Source: Betaproteobacteria bacterium (GTDB lineage Bacteria > Pseudomonadota > Gammaproteobacteria > Burkholderiales > SG8-39). From it: a stretch of 53,394 bases of DNA. The notes beneath the pieces are model-generated. The model had not been told where the DNA came from and made no database searches. It saw only the letters and a list, made by a program, of their open reading frames with translations. The stretch's first letter is position 1. The number at the start of each line of letters is the position of its first letter. Positions 1-7,526 of the stretch are shown here, piece by piece. The translations under genes were made by a program, and so were the position numbers. Location of the stretch: contig JAOTWE010000001.1 of the NCBI GenBank assembly GCA_029863065.1, positions 1 to 53,394 on the forward strand, in the 5' to 3' direction.

Positions 1-150
1 TCCTCCGGCCTGCACTCGTTTTGACACGGATCAACACGCCTTGATCGGTAAAGCGTAAACAGAATTTACTCGCTTCGCTTTGGCAAGGCTGTTGAAAGTT
101 GCCAAAAAGCCGGTTTGCCGAAGCCGGGCCGCGCGTTTGGCGGAGGAACA

Positions 151-498
151 ATGGAACTGAAGATTCGTCCGCGTGACATTCGCTGGTGGTTCTGGGCCGT
201 GACGCTGGCGTTCATCGTTGCCGCGATCGCGGGGTGGACGTGGGGCTATTTCTTCGTCATGGCCATCAGTGGGATACAGGTCCTCTTCTTTTGGGCGCAA
301 GAGAGGAGCTTTTCGGCGTTTCCGACCCAGGTTCGAATCGCGTATTTCGGCCTCACCCTTTTCGGACTATGGCCGGAAGTGCGATTGTTCATGTACGGCC
401 TGCTTCTCCTGGGAACGATCATGGTCACTTTTTTCGACCGTTGCTTCATCGCCCGTGTGCTCAAGGTGATGCCGTGGAATCGGAGTCCCCAGGTTTGA
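151..498 (+). CDS. hypothetical small integral membrane protein (115 aa)
   Basis: Lies within ORF 115-498. The ATG at 151 sits 4 nt after GGAGG (142-146). It has 3-4 hydrophobic helices (WWFWAVTLAFIVAAIAGW, LLLLGTIMVTFF). No family recognised. Confidence 0.5.
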   Translation: MELKIRPRDIRWWFWAVTLAFIVAAIAGWTWGYFFVMAISGIQVLFFWAQERSFSAFPTQVRIAYFGLTLFGLWPEVRLFMYGLLLLGTIMVTFFDRCFIARVLKVMPWNRSPQV

Positions 499-705
499 CG
501 CAACAGTCGCCTTGCGCCGGGCTGCTTGGCGCTTCGCACGAAGCGAACGCGTAGGCGCACCGGCAGCGAAAGCGGCGGGACTTCGACGAGCTTGCCGGCG
601 CGGAGGCTCATCTGAGCTCCTTTGCCGTGTCGGCCTCGAGGCGCGGGGACGCGCCGCGCCTGCGTTTCGCAGGCACTTCCAGGAGCGCCGACGGTAATCG
701 GTACG

Positions 706-1905
706 ATGGCGCCTGTGGGCACCGATCCTCGGGCAATCACGCTGGCGCGCGGGCTGCTGGTTGCGTTGCTGCTCTCGTTCGGCCCGGCGGTATCGAACTC
801 GTTCTCGCGCTTCGCCTACGCGCTCATCCTGCCCGCGATGCGCAGCGACCTGCAGTGGAACTACTCGCAGGCCGGCTCGATCAACACCGTCAATGCCCTG
901 GGCTACCTGTTCGGCGCACTGCTGACGCGTGCACTGGTGGCGCGCCTGGGCAACCGCGCGCTCTACGGCTGGGGCATGGTGCTCACCTCTGTGGCGATCA
1001 CCGCGACCGGATTCGTGCGCGACTTCGAGGCGCTGATGGCGGTGCGCGTGCTGGCGGGCGTGGGCGGTGCCGCGGTATTCATCTGCGGCGGCGCGCTCTC
1101 CGGCAACATCTTTCCAAAGCGCCCGCAGCTCGCCACCACCACGATCGCGATCTACTTCGCCGGTGGCGGCATCGGCCTGATGCTCTCGGGCGTCGCGCTG
1201 CCGCTGCTGCTGGAAGCGCAAGGCAGCACGTCGTGGCCGCTCGCCTGGCGCAGCATGGGCTACGCGAGCCTGTTAATGACCGTGGCTGCCGCCTGGTCCG
1301 CCTGGGGCATCGCCGAGCCGGGGAAGATGCCGGGGGAGGCGCGCTGGAAGTTGCGGCCGTTCGCCGCCGAGCTTGCCGCCTACGCCATGTTCGCGCTCGG
1401 CTACATCGGCTTCATGACCTTCGTCATCGAGTGGATGCGCCTCAATGGCGCGAGCACCGCGACGGTGATCGCGGTGTGGTTCGTTCTGGGGCTCGCGACG
1501 CTGCTTGCGCCGCTGGTGTGGCGCAAGCCCGCCGAGCACTGGCCCGGTGGCCGGCCGCTTGCCGCGGTCATGGCGGTGCTCGCTGCCGGCGCCGTGCTGC
1601 CGCTCGCCTCGACGCAACCCGCGGCGCTGCTGCTGTCGGCGGCGCTGTTCGGCGTCGCGATGTTCAGCGCGCCGTCATCGGTCGGCAGCTTCATCAAGCG
1701 CGCCCTGCCCAGTCCGGCCTGGGGATCGGCCATCGCCACCTTCACCGTCGTGTTCGCCGCCGGGCAGATCGCGGGGCCGGTGGCGATCGGCTGGCTCGCC
1801 GATCGCTCGGGCTCATTGCAGATCGGGCTTGCGGCCTCCGCCGGGCTGCTCGCGATCGGTGCCGTGCTCGCGCTCGTGCAGCGCGATCTGCGGCATCCGC
1901 AGTGA
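706..1905 (+). CDS. MFS transporter, YbfB/YjiJ-like
   Basis: Lies within ORF 622-1905; the ATG at 706 gives MAPVGTDPRAITLARGLLV. The N-terminal pattern SNSFSRFAYALILPAMRSDLQWNYSQAGSINTVNALGYLFGAL is typical of the YbfB/YjiJ MFS subfamily. About 12 hydrophobic segments. Confidence 0.8.
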   Translation: MAPVGTDPRAITLARGLLVALLLSFGPAVSNSFSRFAYALILPAMRSDLQWNYSQAGSINTVNALGYLFGALLTRALVARLGNRALYGWGMVLTSVAITATGFVRDFEALMAVRVLAGVGGAAVFICGGALSGNIFPKRPQLATTTIAIYFAGGGIGLMLSGVALPLLLEAQGSTSWPLAWRSMGYASLLMTVAAAWSAWGIAEPGKMPGEARWKLRPFAAELAAYAMFALGYIGFMTFVIEWMRLNGASTATVIAVWFVLGLATLLAPLVWRKPAEHWPGGRPLAAVMAVLAAGAVLPLASTQPAALLLSAALFGVAMFSAPSSVGSFIKRALPSPAWGSAIATFTVVFAAGQIAGPVAIGWLADRSGSLQIGLAASAGLLAIGAVLALVQRDLRHPQ

Positions 1906-1923
1906 CAGGATTCAGCTCTAAGG

Positions 1924-1979
1924 CGGCCCGTCCGCTCGGGGCAGGAGCACGATCTTGCCCTGCACCTGGCGCGTCTCGA
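1924..1979 (-). repeat. relic copy A of the 3' end of the quinone-oxidoreductase gene (authentic end at 14571)
   Basis: 1929-1979 matches 14564-14614 at 47/51 positions by hand alignment, including 35 identical nt (1939-1973 = 14574-14608). Read on the minus strand it gives [14 protein letters not shown], with the stop codon replaced by CGA. Confidence 0.7.
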
Positions 1980-1981
1980 CC

Positions 1982-2436
1982 GAGCCACAGACCTTTACCG
2001 AGCTGAACCGCTATGTCTACATCCGGGCTCGCCAACGATGCCTCGGGGGAGGCCGTTGTTCACCCAGCCCGAGGGTGAAGCACTCCTGCGTGATCTGCTC
2101 GCCAACTGGGGACGCTTCCTGAAGGACGAACAATTGCTCGATCCTTTGATCCGCATGGCCGCGGCGCATTGCCAGTTCGAGGCGATTCACCCCTTCACCG
2201 ACGGCAACGGCCGTGCTGGCCGTGTCCTGAATTGCCTGTTCTCCGTCGAATCGGGGTTGCTCACGCTGCCGATCCTCAATCTCAGCCGCTACATCATCAA
2301 CAACGAGTCTGACTACTACCGCTTGCTCTTGGCGGTCACGCGAGAGGGCGCCTGAAAAGCGTGGCTGCTTTACATCCTGCGCGGCGTTGAAGAGACGGCG
2401 ACGTGGACCACCGCCAAAATCGTCACCCAGGGATTC
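1982..2436 (+). pseudogene. Fic/DOC family protein, N-terminally truncated and disrupted
   Basis: The Fic motif [12 protein letters not shown] is present (ORF 2038-2355). An in-frame TGA at 2353-2355 sits where family members have Trp (REGA*KAWLLYILRGVEETA). Upstream family-like residues [12 protein letters not shown] are in a different frame, implying a frameshift near the G-run 2045-2049. The first ~100+ aa are missing. Confidence 0.7.
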
Positions 2437-2780
2437 CTGTTGCGGGCCGGCGCGCACGGGCCTTTCGCCCGGATCAAAGCGGGCCGGGCTCCCACGGACC
2501 CCAGATGGCGCAGGTCATCCCGGTCCCGAGGGCGTCTGTGCCCTGCATGTTGAGGCGGCTTTGTGACGGCAGGACGCAAAGATATTCATATCCAACGGCG
2601 AACAATAGATGAGCGATTCCAATAAATGCCGGACACTCTCTGTGTTAATACTGCCGGGTCCGCCACGAAGAGGTGGCATGCCAGGACTGGTTGGACTCGG
2701 TATGTTCATGCCGTCGCGGCTGCCATTGCGAATCTGAACTGCACGACCGCAGGGTCCTGTTCAAGAGGAGGAATGCCCTC

Positions 2781-4001
2781 ATGCCTTATCAAATCAGCGA
2801 AATCAACCCGGCCAAGACGGCGACCGGAATGACCTTGACCTGGGCGACACGACTGGCGGCCGCAGCGGCGGCCCTGGTTCTGGCCGTCGGACCCGCCGTC
2901 GCAAAAGACGACAACATCCTGAGACTCGACCACTACGTGCGCCACGTCTCGACCGTGCCGGTCAACGCCGGGCAGGTGGTCGATCTCTTCATGCGCGAGC
3001 GGGTGGCGGCGGGGCTCAACCATACGCTCCGCAGCACGGAGGCGACCGGAAAGGTCGTGCTCTTCATCCACGGTGGCACCGTGCCGAGTGTGCCGGACTA
3101 TGACCTGGACTATAAAGACTACAACTGGATGGCCTACCTGGCCAAGGCCGGCTTCGATACGTTTAGCTTGGACCACACGGGCTACGGGCGGTCGCCCAGG
3201 CTGACGATGGACGATCCGTGCAACATGAACCCGGCGGATCAGCCGCTCCTCATCCCGAACCCGCTGAGCGCGCCGTGCCCGCACTCGTATCCCTTCACGC
3301 TCACGACTAGCCAGTCCGACTGGGACGAGATCCACACGGCGGTCGAGTACATCAAGCGCATTCGCAACGTCGAGAAGGTCCACCTCGTCGGCTGGTCGGC
3401 GGGCGGCCCGCGCGCAGGCGGCTACGCCGGCCTTCACCCCGAAAACGTGGACCGCGTCCTGCTCTACGCGCCGAGCCCCCCCGGAAACGTCCCGAGCACG
3501 CCGCCCGCGGTCGTTCCGCGGCCCGGCTTCCCGATGAACACACAGACTCGCGAGGAGCTGGAGACGGGCCGCTGGGCCTCCGAGATCAACTGCGTGGACC
3601 AGCGCGACCCGGGCATCCTCGAGCCGCTCTGGAATACGATCATGGACTACGACGACCTGGGGAGCGTGTGGGGCACGCCGCCTGGCCTCATGCGTACCCG
3701 CACGGCCGTGTCGTGGGGCTGGAATCCCTCGCTGGCCTCGCAGATCACGGCTCCGCTGCTCCTCATCACCGGTGACGGTGACAGCACGCCTCCGTCCGTG
3801 CGGCGGGCGACCTACGACCTCGCGAACTCGGCCAGCAAGGTGTTCATCGAGGTGCAGTGCGCCTCACACTTCATGGTTTGGGAGTACCAGCACATGGTGC
3901 TCTTCGAGGGCTCGAAGCACTGGTTCCTGAACGGGTCGATCAAGGGGGTCAGCAACGGCGAGATCATCGTCGACCCCACCGGGAAGTACCACAAGCAGTA
4001 G
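2781..4001 (+). CDS. exported alpha/beta-fold hydrolase
   Basis: The ATG at 2781 is preceded by GAGGAGG (2765-2771). The signal-like N-terminus is MTLTWATRLAAAAAALVLAVGPAVA. The nucleophile elbow GWSAG is present and the overall length is typical of an alpha/beta hydrolase. Confidence 0.75.
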   Translation: MPYQISEINPAKTATGMTLTWATRLAAAAAALVLAVGPAVAKDDNILRLDHYVRHVSTVPVNAGQVVDLFMRERVAAGLNHTLRSTEATGKVVLFIHGGTVPSVPDYDLDYKDYNWMAYLAKAGFDTFSLDHTGYGRSPRLTMDDPCNMNPADQPLLIPNPLSAPCPHSYPFTLTTSQSDWDEIHTAVEYIKRIRNVEKVHLVGWSAGGPRAGGYAGLHPENVDRVLLYAPSPPGNVPSTPPAVVPRPGFPMNTQTREELETGRWASEINCVDQRDPGILEPLWNTIMDYDDLGSVWGTPPGLMRTRTAVSWGWNPSLASQITAPLLLITGDGDSTPPSVRRATYDLANSASKVFIEVQCASHFMVWEYQHMVLFEGSKHWFLNGSIKGVSNGEIIVDPTGKYHKQ

Positions 4002-4094
4002 CCCACTGGCCTGCCGGAGTCGCGGCGTGCCGCGCCGCGTCCCCGGCGTCCCGCACGTCGCCGTCCTGATTCCAGATCTCTCCGGCACAGGGTG

Positions 4095-4215
4095 TGGCTG
4101 GGAAGGTTTACCACAGCGCTGCGCGGCTTCTGGCGCGCGACCGGGCCTGATTCTGTTCGAGCAGACCTTCGGGGACCTGGCGAACTTCAACCCGTACGTG
4201 CATGTGCTCGCCGCC
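4095..4215 (+). mobile_element. short relic of an IS91/ISCR-type (rolling-circle, HUH) transposase gene
   Basis: The translation GLILFEQTFGDLANFNPYVHVLAAD resembles the conserved IQTFG....NPH.H.LV.DG block of IS91-family transposases as I remember it. There is no intact ORF, and the first His of the HUH-like PH.H is Tyr. Confidence 0.3.
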
Positions 4216-4285
4216 GATATCAGACGTTCGATTCCGGCGGTTCTCGACCAACGTCACAAAAGAGCCACGATGGGCGGGTAACCCG

Positions 4286-4314
4286 TTGATCTCGTAGGCT
4301 CGCTGCGAGATCAA
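4286..4314. repeat. strong hairpin (inverted repeat) next to the IS91-like relic
   Basis: TTGATCTCG (4286-4294) pairs perfectly with CGAGATCAA (4306-4314). The stem extends through a T-G wobble and two more pairs to about 12 bp with loop GCTCG (4298-4302). Confidence 0.6.
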
Positions 4315-4337
4315 AAGTCGCCTAGCCGCGCGCCCGA

Positions 4338-4391
4338 CGGCCCGTCCGCTCGGGGCAAGGCCACGATCATGCCCTGCACCCTGCACCTGGC
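4338..4391 (-). repeat. relic copy B of the quinone-oxidoreductase gene 3' end
   Basis: Aligns to copy A (1924-1970) at 43/47 positions and carries a 7-nt internal duplication (ctgcacc ctgcacc). It shares the 20-nt block cggcccgtccgctcggggca with copy A. Confidence 0.65.
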
Positions 4392-4418
4392 TAGCCTGGG
4401 AGGCAAAGCAGGGTTCGG

Positions 4419-5477
4419 TTACCTCAGCTCCAGCTCTGCCGTAACGACCGGCCCACTGATCCAGTGGGCCTTTTCAATATTGCCCTGGTATTGATCTGCC
4501 ACGTCATAGAACCTCAGCGTGATGGCAGCCTTGCGCATCTTGCCCTCTATCTTGGCAGGCAAGGCGTAGCTCATGGCGCGGGCCTCGAGGCTTTTTAGTG
4601 TGGTGTCCTCTATAACCACGGCCGATGGCATGGAGCCCAGCATCTCGGGGTACAACTCAAATTTTCTGTAGAACGTATCCACGACCTTGTGGAGTTCCTT
4701 GCCCTGATCGTCAGTGACGGATATCTCGAGAACAAGCACCCGCGAAGGACCTCCACTCGGCATGCCGTGGCCCTTGATCCGGTTCTCGACGACCATGCTT
4801 ATGTTTGGAAACGTAAGGTTGATATCCCTTAGGACAAGATCGTCTTCGTATATCCCGGGGTTGTGCATGATGGAATCAAAGCCGTGGTAGGCGATTCCGT
4901 CGACGGGCGCCATGTGGCACCCCTGGCACGTCAATCCCTCTTCGGCCGCTTTGCTTTCTAGCCACTGGCTGTAGGGCGACATCAGCGGCGGGAACAGCTC
5001 GTGGCACTTGGCACAGAAATCCTTCTCCTTCATTGCACTCAGGTCGGGCCGGTACGTCGTTTCATGCAGCTGCGTTATGGATAGTCCCGGTGCCGCCGGG
5101 CCGTGGCATATCTCGCAGTTAATCCCCTCCGCGCCACCCTTGATCCCGTGACAGGCATAGCAGGACTCCTCTCCCATCATCATGCCGAGGAAAAGATTGC
5201 CCTCTACGTAGTCCCTCGTACGCAGGAAGCTCTCGTTCGTCGTCGCGACAGCATGACGCGAGTGGCCAAGCCATTCCTTGTAAATCTTGCTGTGGCAGGT
5301 TCCGCAAACGGCGGCCCCGCGATGCTCGCCGAGCTCATACTTTGGCGTTTTCGTAGACATCATGCCTATGTACATATCACTGTTGATAAAGACAACGGCG
5401 AGGACCAGAAGAACAGCGACAAAAGCAGCCGGGACCAACCACCACTTGGAAACCGCACCCTTTTCGCCAAACGCCAT
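4419..5477 (-). CDS. membrane-anchored pentahaem c-type cytochrome (352 aa)
   Basis: Five CXXCH motifs: CGTCH, CYACH, CEICH, CAKCH, CQGCH. One N-terminal TM helix (WWLVPAAFVAVLLVLAVVFI). The ATG at 5477 has GAGG upstream. A C-terminal domain of about 160 aa has no haem motif. Confidence 0.85.
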   Translation of the reverse strand: MAFGEKGAVSKWWLVPAAFVAVLLVLAVVFINSDMYIGMMSTKTPKYELGEHRGAAVCGTCHSKIYKEWLGHSRHAVATTNESFLRTRDYVEGNLFLGMMMGEESCYACHGIKGGAEGINCEICHGPAAPGLSITQLHETTYRPDLSAMKEKDFCAKCHELFPPLMSPYSQWLESKAAEEGLTCQGCHMAPVDGIAYHGFDSIMHNPGIYEDDLVLRDINLTFPNISMVVENRIKGHGMPSGGPSRVLVLEISVTDDQGKELHKVVDTFYRKFELYPEMLGSMPSAVVIEDTTLKSLEARAMSYALPAKIEGKMRKAAITLRFYDVADQYQGNIEKAHWISGPVVTAELELR

Positions 5478-5546
5478 GACGCTACCTCGTCTTACCCTTG
5501 TAGCGTGGTCTGTGCCCACCCATCCATGTGCCGGCGACGGGTAGTG

Positions 5547-5843
5547 CTACATGCGCAACTGGGCGCCGATCTTGCGTATGAAGCTGGCCATCATCAACAG
5601 CATGATGCCCAGGAGAACGGATGCCGCGGCCACCAGCCAGACGAGGATCCCCGGCTCGATGACGATCAACACGCCGAGGACAATCAATAAGATGCCTGGC
5701 AGCATCGTCAGGACGCTTGGAAACCGTTTTTGTGTCATGCCCGCGCACATCTTCGCCATCGGACACATGGCCATCGCGCCTTCGGGTCGCCGGGTCCCGG
5801 CGGCCATCGACTCTGCGCTCTGCCTTACGCTGTCTTGGGTCAT
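5547..5843 (-). CDS. small membrane protein with Cys/Met-rich N-terminus (98 aa)
   Basis: The ATG at 5843 is preceded by GGAGG (complement of 5850-5854). MAMCPMAKMCAGM is followed by two hydrophobic helices (LPGILLIVLGVLIVIEPGILVWLVAAASVLLGIMLLMMA). Confidence 0.65.
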   Translation of the reverse strand: MTQDSVRQSAESMAAGTRRPEGAMAMCPMAKMCAGMTQKRFPSVLTMLPGILLIVLGVLIVIEPGILVWLVAAASVLLGIMLLMMASFIRKIGAQLRM

Positions 5844-5893
5844 GGTTAACCTCCTGCTGGCATGAATCGAGAAGGTTGAGTATTCGGCGCTGC

Positions 5894-6118
5894 TCAGCCC
5901 GGGTTCATCTGCTGGATCACCTTTTCTATGGGGCAGAGGTCAGCAAGAGTGACATACGCTCCCATCAAGGGGAAAAATGCCGCAATCACGAAGACCCAGA
6001 TCGCCAATATCCGTCCGAACTTCTGTATCGACCCGTCGGTCTTCGTGGAGGAGAAGAGAATGAAGTAACCAAGCGTTACCCAGATCGTGGCAGGCAGAAG
6101 ACTGAAAAAGAAACACAT
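5894..6118 (-). CDS. small integral membrane protein (74 aa)
   Basis: The ATG at 6118 has GGAGG 7 nt upstream. It has 2-3 hydrophobic helices, a Cys at residue 2 and a C-terminal DLCPIEK. No family recognised. Confidence 0.6.
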   Translation of the reverse strand: MCFFFSLLPATIWVTLGYFILFSSTKTDGSIQKFGRILAIWVFVIAAFFPLMGAYVTLADLCPIEKVIQQMNPG

Positions 6119-6240
6119 GGCATCACCTCCGGCGTCGTTTGGGCCCTTCTGGTGACTTCCTCAAGCATTCGCGTTCGAGAACGGATACTGCTAGCACAAT
6201 TCAATTCCGCGCTTGTTGACGTGGGTCAGACGAAATGCGA

Positions 6241-7116
6241 TTAAGAAAGGGGAATTTGACAGCGCGCTGGCGGGCACAAGCTGCTATCCGGGGCGTCGGC
6301 AGCCTTCGTTGCGCGAATGAAGGCGCTCAAGAACTTGCCATCCACCTGCGGACCGATCACGGTCGCATCCATGCCATTGTCCGCAAGGAAAGCTCTTGCA
6401 TCTTCTGCCCGGTAAATGCGCGTGGGCTCGATTTCCACGTTCTGGAACCCGGCAGCGGCGAGCTTCGCACGGTATTGATTCTCTTCCAGCGCGCCCGCCA
6501 CGCACCCCACCCAGAGCAGGATGCTCTCGCGTATCTCGGGCGGAATGTCGCCCCGCGTGACCACGTCCGATACGGCGAATCGGCCGCCCGGTTTCAGAAC
6601 CCGGAACGCTTCGCGCAGTACGCGGTCCTTGTCCGCCGAGAGGTTGATCACGCAGTTGGAGATGATCACGTCTACCGAGTCATCCGGCAGCGGGATGTGT
6701 TCGATCTCGCCTTTCAGGAATTCCACGTTCTGCACGCCGGCCTTGCGCTTGTTCTGATTGGCGAGCGCCAGCATCTCGTCGGTCATGTCGAGCCCGTAAG
6801 CCTTTCCGGACGGTGCCACGCGCTTCGCAGAAAGGAGAACGTCTATGCCACCGCCCGATCCAAGATCGAGTACGACCTCCCCCGGCTTCAATTGCGCCAG
6901 TGCCGTAGGGTTCCCGCAGCCAAGCGAAGCCAGCACCGCGGTATCGGGTAACTGGTCCGTCTGCCTCGCCTCATACAGGTTGCTGGTAATCGGATCGCCG
7001 CGCTGACCATCGGCCGGCGCTCTGCTGCAGCAGGAGCCCTTGGCGCCGCTCGTAACGTTTAAGGCGGCGCGCGCATACCTTTCCTTGACGACGTTCTTGA
7101 TATCGGTCTTTTCCAT
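6241..7116 (-). CDS. arsM: arsenite S-adenosylmethionine methyltransferase
   Basis: SAM motif [11 protein letters not shown]. The conserved ArsM cysteine contexts are present: [36 protein letters not shown] is also present. AGGAG overlaps the arsR stop. Confidence 0.9.
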   Translation of the reverse strand: MEKTDIKNVVKERYARAALNVTSGAKGSCCSRAPADGQRGDPITSNLYEARQTDQLPDTAVLASLGCGNPTALAQLKPGEVVLDLGSGGGIDVLLSAKRVAPSGKAYGLDMTDEMLALANQNKRKAGVQNVEFLKGEIEHIPLPDDSVDVIISNCVINLSADKDRVLREAFRVLKPGGRFAVSDVVTRGDIPPEIRESILLWVGCVAGALEENQYRAKLAAAGFQNVEIEPTRIYRAEDARAFLADNGMDATVIGPQVDGKFLSAFIRATKAADAPDSSLCPPARCQIPLS

Positions 7117-7124
7117 GGCATCTC

Positions 7125-7469
7125 CTAGGCGCCGGCGTTGACAATCTTCTTGGGGCTGATCGCCTTACTGCGCGTGCAGCACTCGGAATAAAGGAATGCG
7201 AGCAACTGCTGCAACGCATTGACGTTCGCTGTGTACCTGAGGTACGTGCCCTCCCGCTGGACTTGTACCAGGTCTTCGTTCTTCAACTTGTCCAGGTGGT
7301 GCGAAAGGTTCGATCCGGACACATCCAGTTCGGCCTGGATCTCGCCGACCACCATGCCCTCGGGATGGGCCGCGAGCAGCAGCTGCATGATCCGGAGCCG
7401 CGATTCGGCGCCGATGGCGGCAAACATATCCGCGTATTGAATGATCTGTTCCGGACTGGCTGCTTTCAA
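7125..7469 (-). CDS. arsR: ArsR/SmtB family metalloregulator
   Basis: Winged-helix core ESRLRIMQLLL...VGEIQAELDVSGSNLSHHLDKLKNEDLV. C-terminal vicinal cysteines (YSECC). I prefer the TTG start at 7469, 9 nt after AGGAGG (7479-7484). The track's TTG at 7526 coincides with the -35 hexamer. Confidence 0.85.
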   Translation of the reverse strand: MKAASPEQIIQYADMFAAIGAESRLRIMQLLLAAHPEGMVVGEIQAELDVSGSNLSHHLDKLKNEDLVQVQREGTYLRYTANVNALQQLLAFLYSECCTRSKAISPKKIVNAGA

Positions 7470-7498
7470 GGCCAGCAACCTCCTATTTCGAGAGTTCA

Positions 7499-7526
7499 AT
7501 GATAATGAAAATAGCGAAGTTGTCAA
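7499..7526 (-). promoter_or_regulatory. sigma70-type promoter of the arsR operon with overlapping imperfect palindrome (candidate ArsR operator)
   Basis: On the minus strand the sequence reads TTGACA (7526-7521), 16 nt, TATCAT (7504-7499). The imperfect palindrome TTCAATGATAATGAA (plus 7495-7509, 5 of 7 arm pairs) overlaps the -10. Confidence 0.5.

Noticed and set aside
81-96. The sigma54-like element TGGCAAGGCTGTTGAA, 55 nt upstream of the ATG at 151.
   Set aside because: The GG-N10 spacing fits, but the -12 element is TTGA rather than TTGC. No enhancer-binding-protein gene or UAS is visible. This is too weak to call.
330-340. The tRNA T-loop-like string GGTTCGAATCG.
   Set aside because: The flanking bases cannot form a T-stem (CCAGG versus CGCGT). 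No acceptor or anticodon arms are evident. It lies inside a plausible membrane-protein ORF.
530-545. The GC-rich hairpin CGCTTCG-CA-CGAAGCG, 32 nt after the stop of the first ORF, considered as an intrinsic terminator.
   Set aside because: The loop is only 2 nt (an effective 6-bp stem) and no U-tract follows.
4108-4386. The 92-aa minus-strand ORF spanning relic copy B.
   Set aside because: It is composed of the decayed QOR tail plus antisense of the IS91-like relic. There is no start context or homology beyond the relic.
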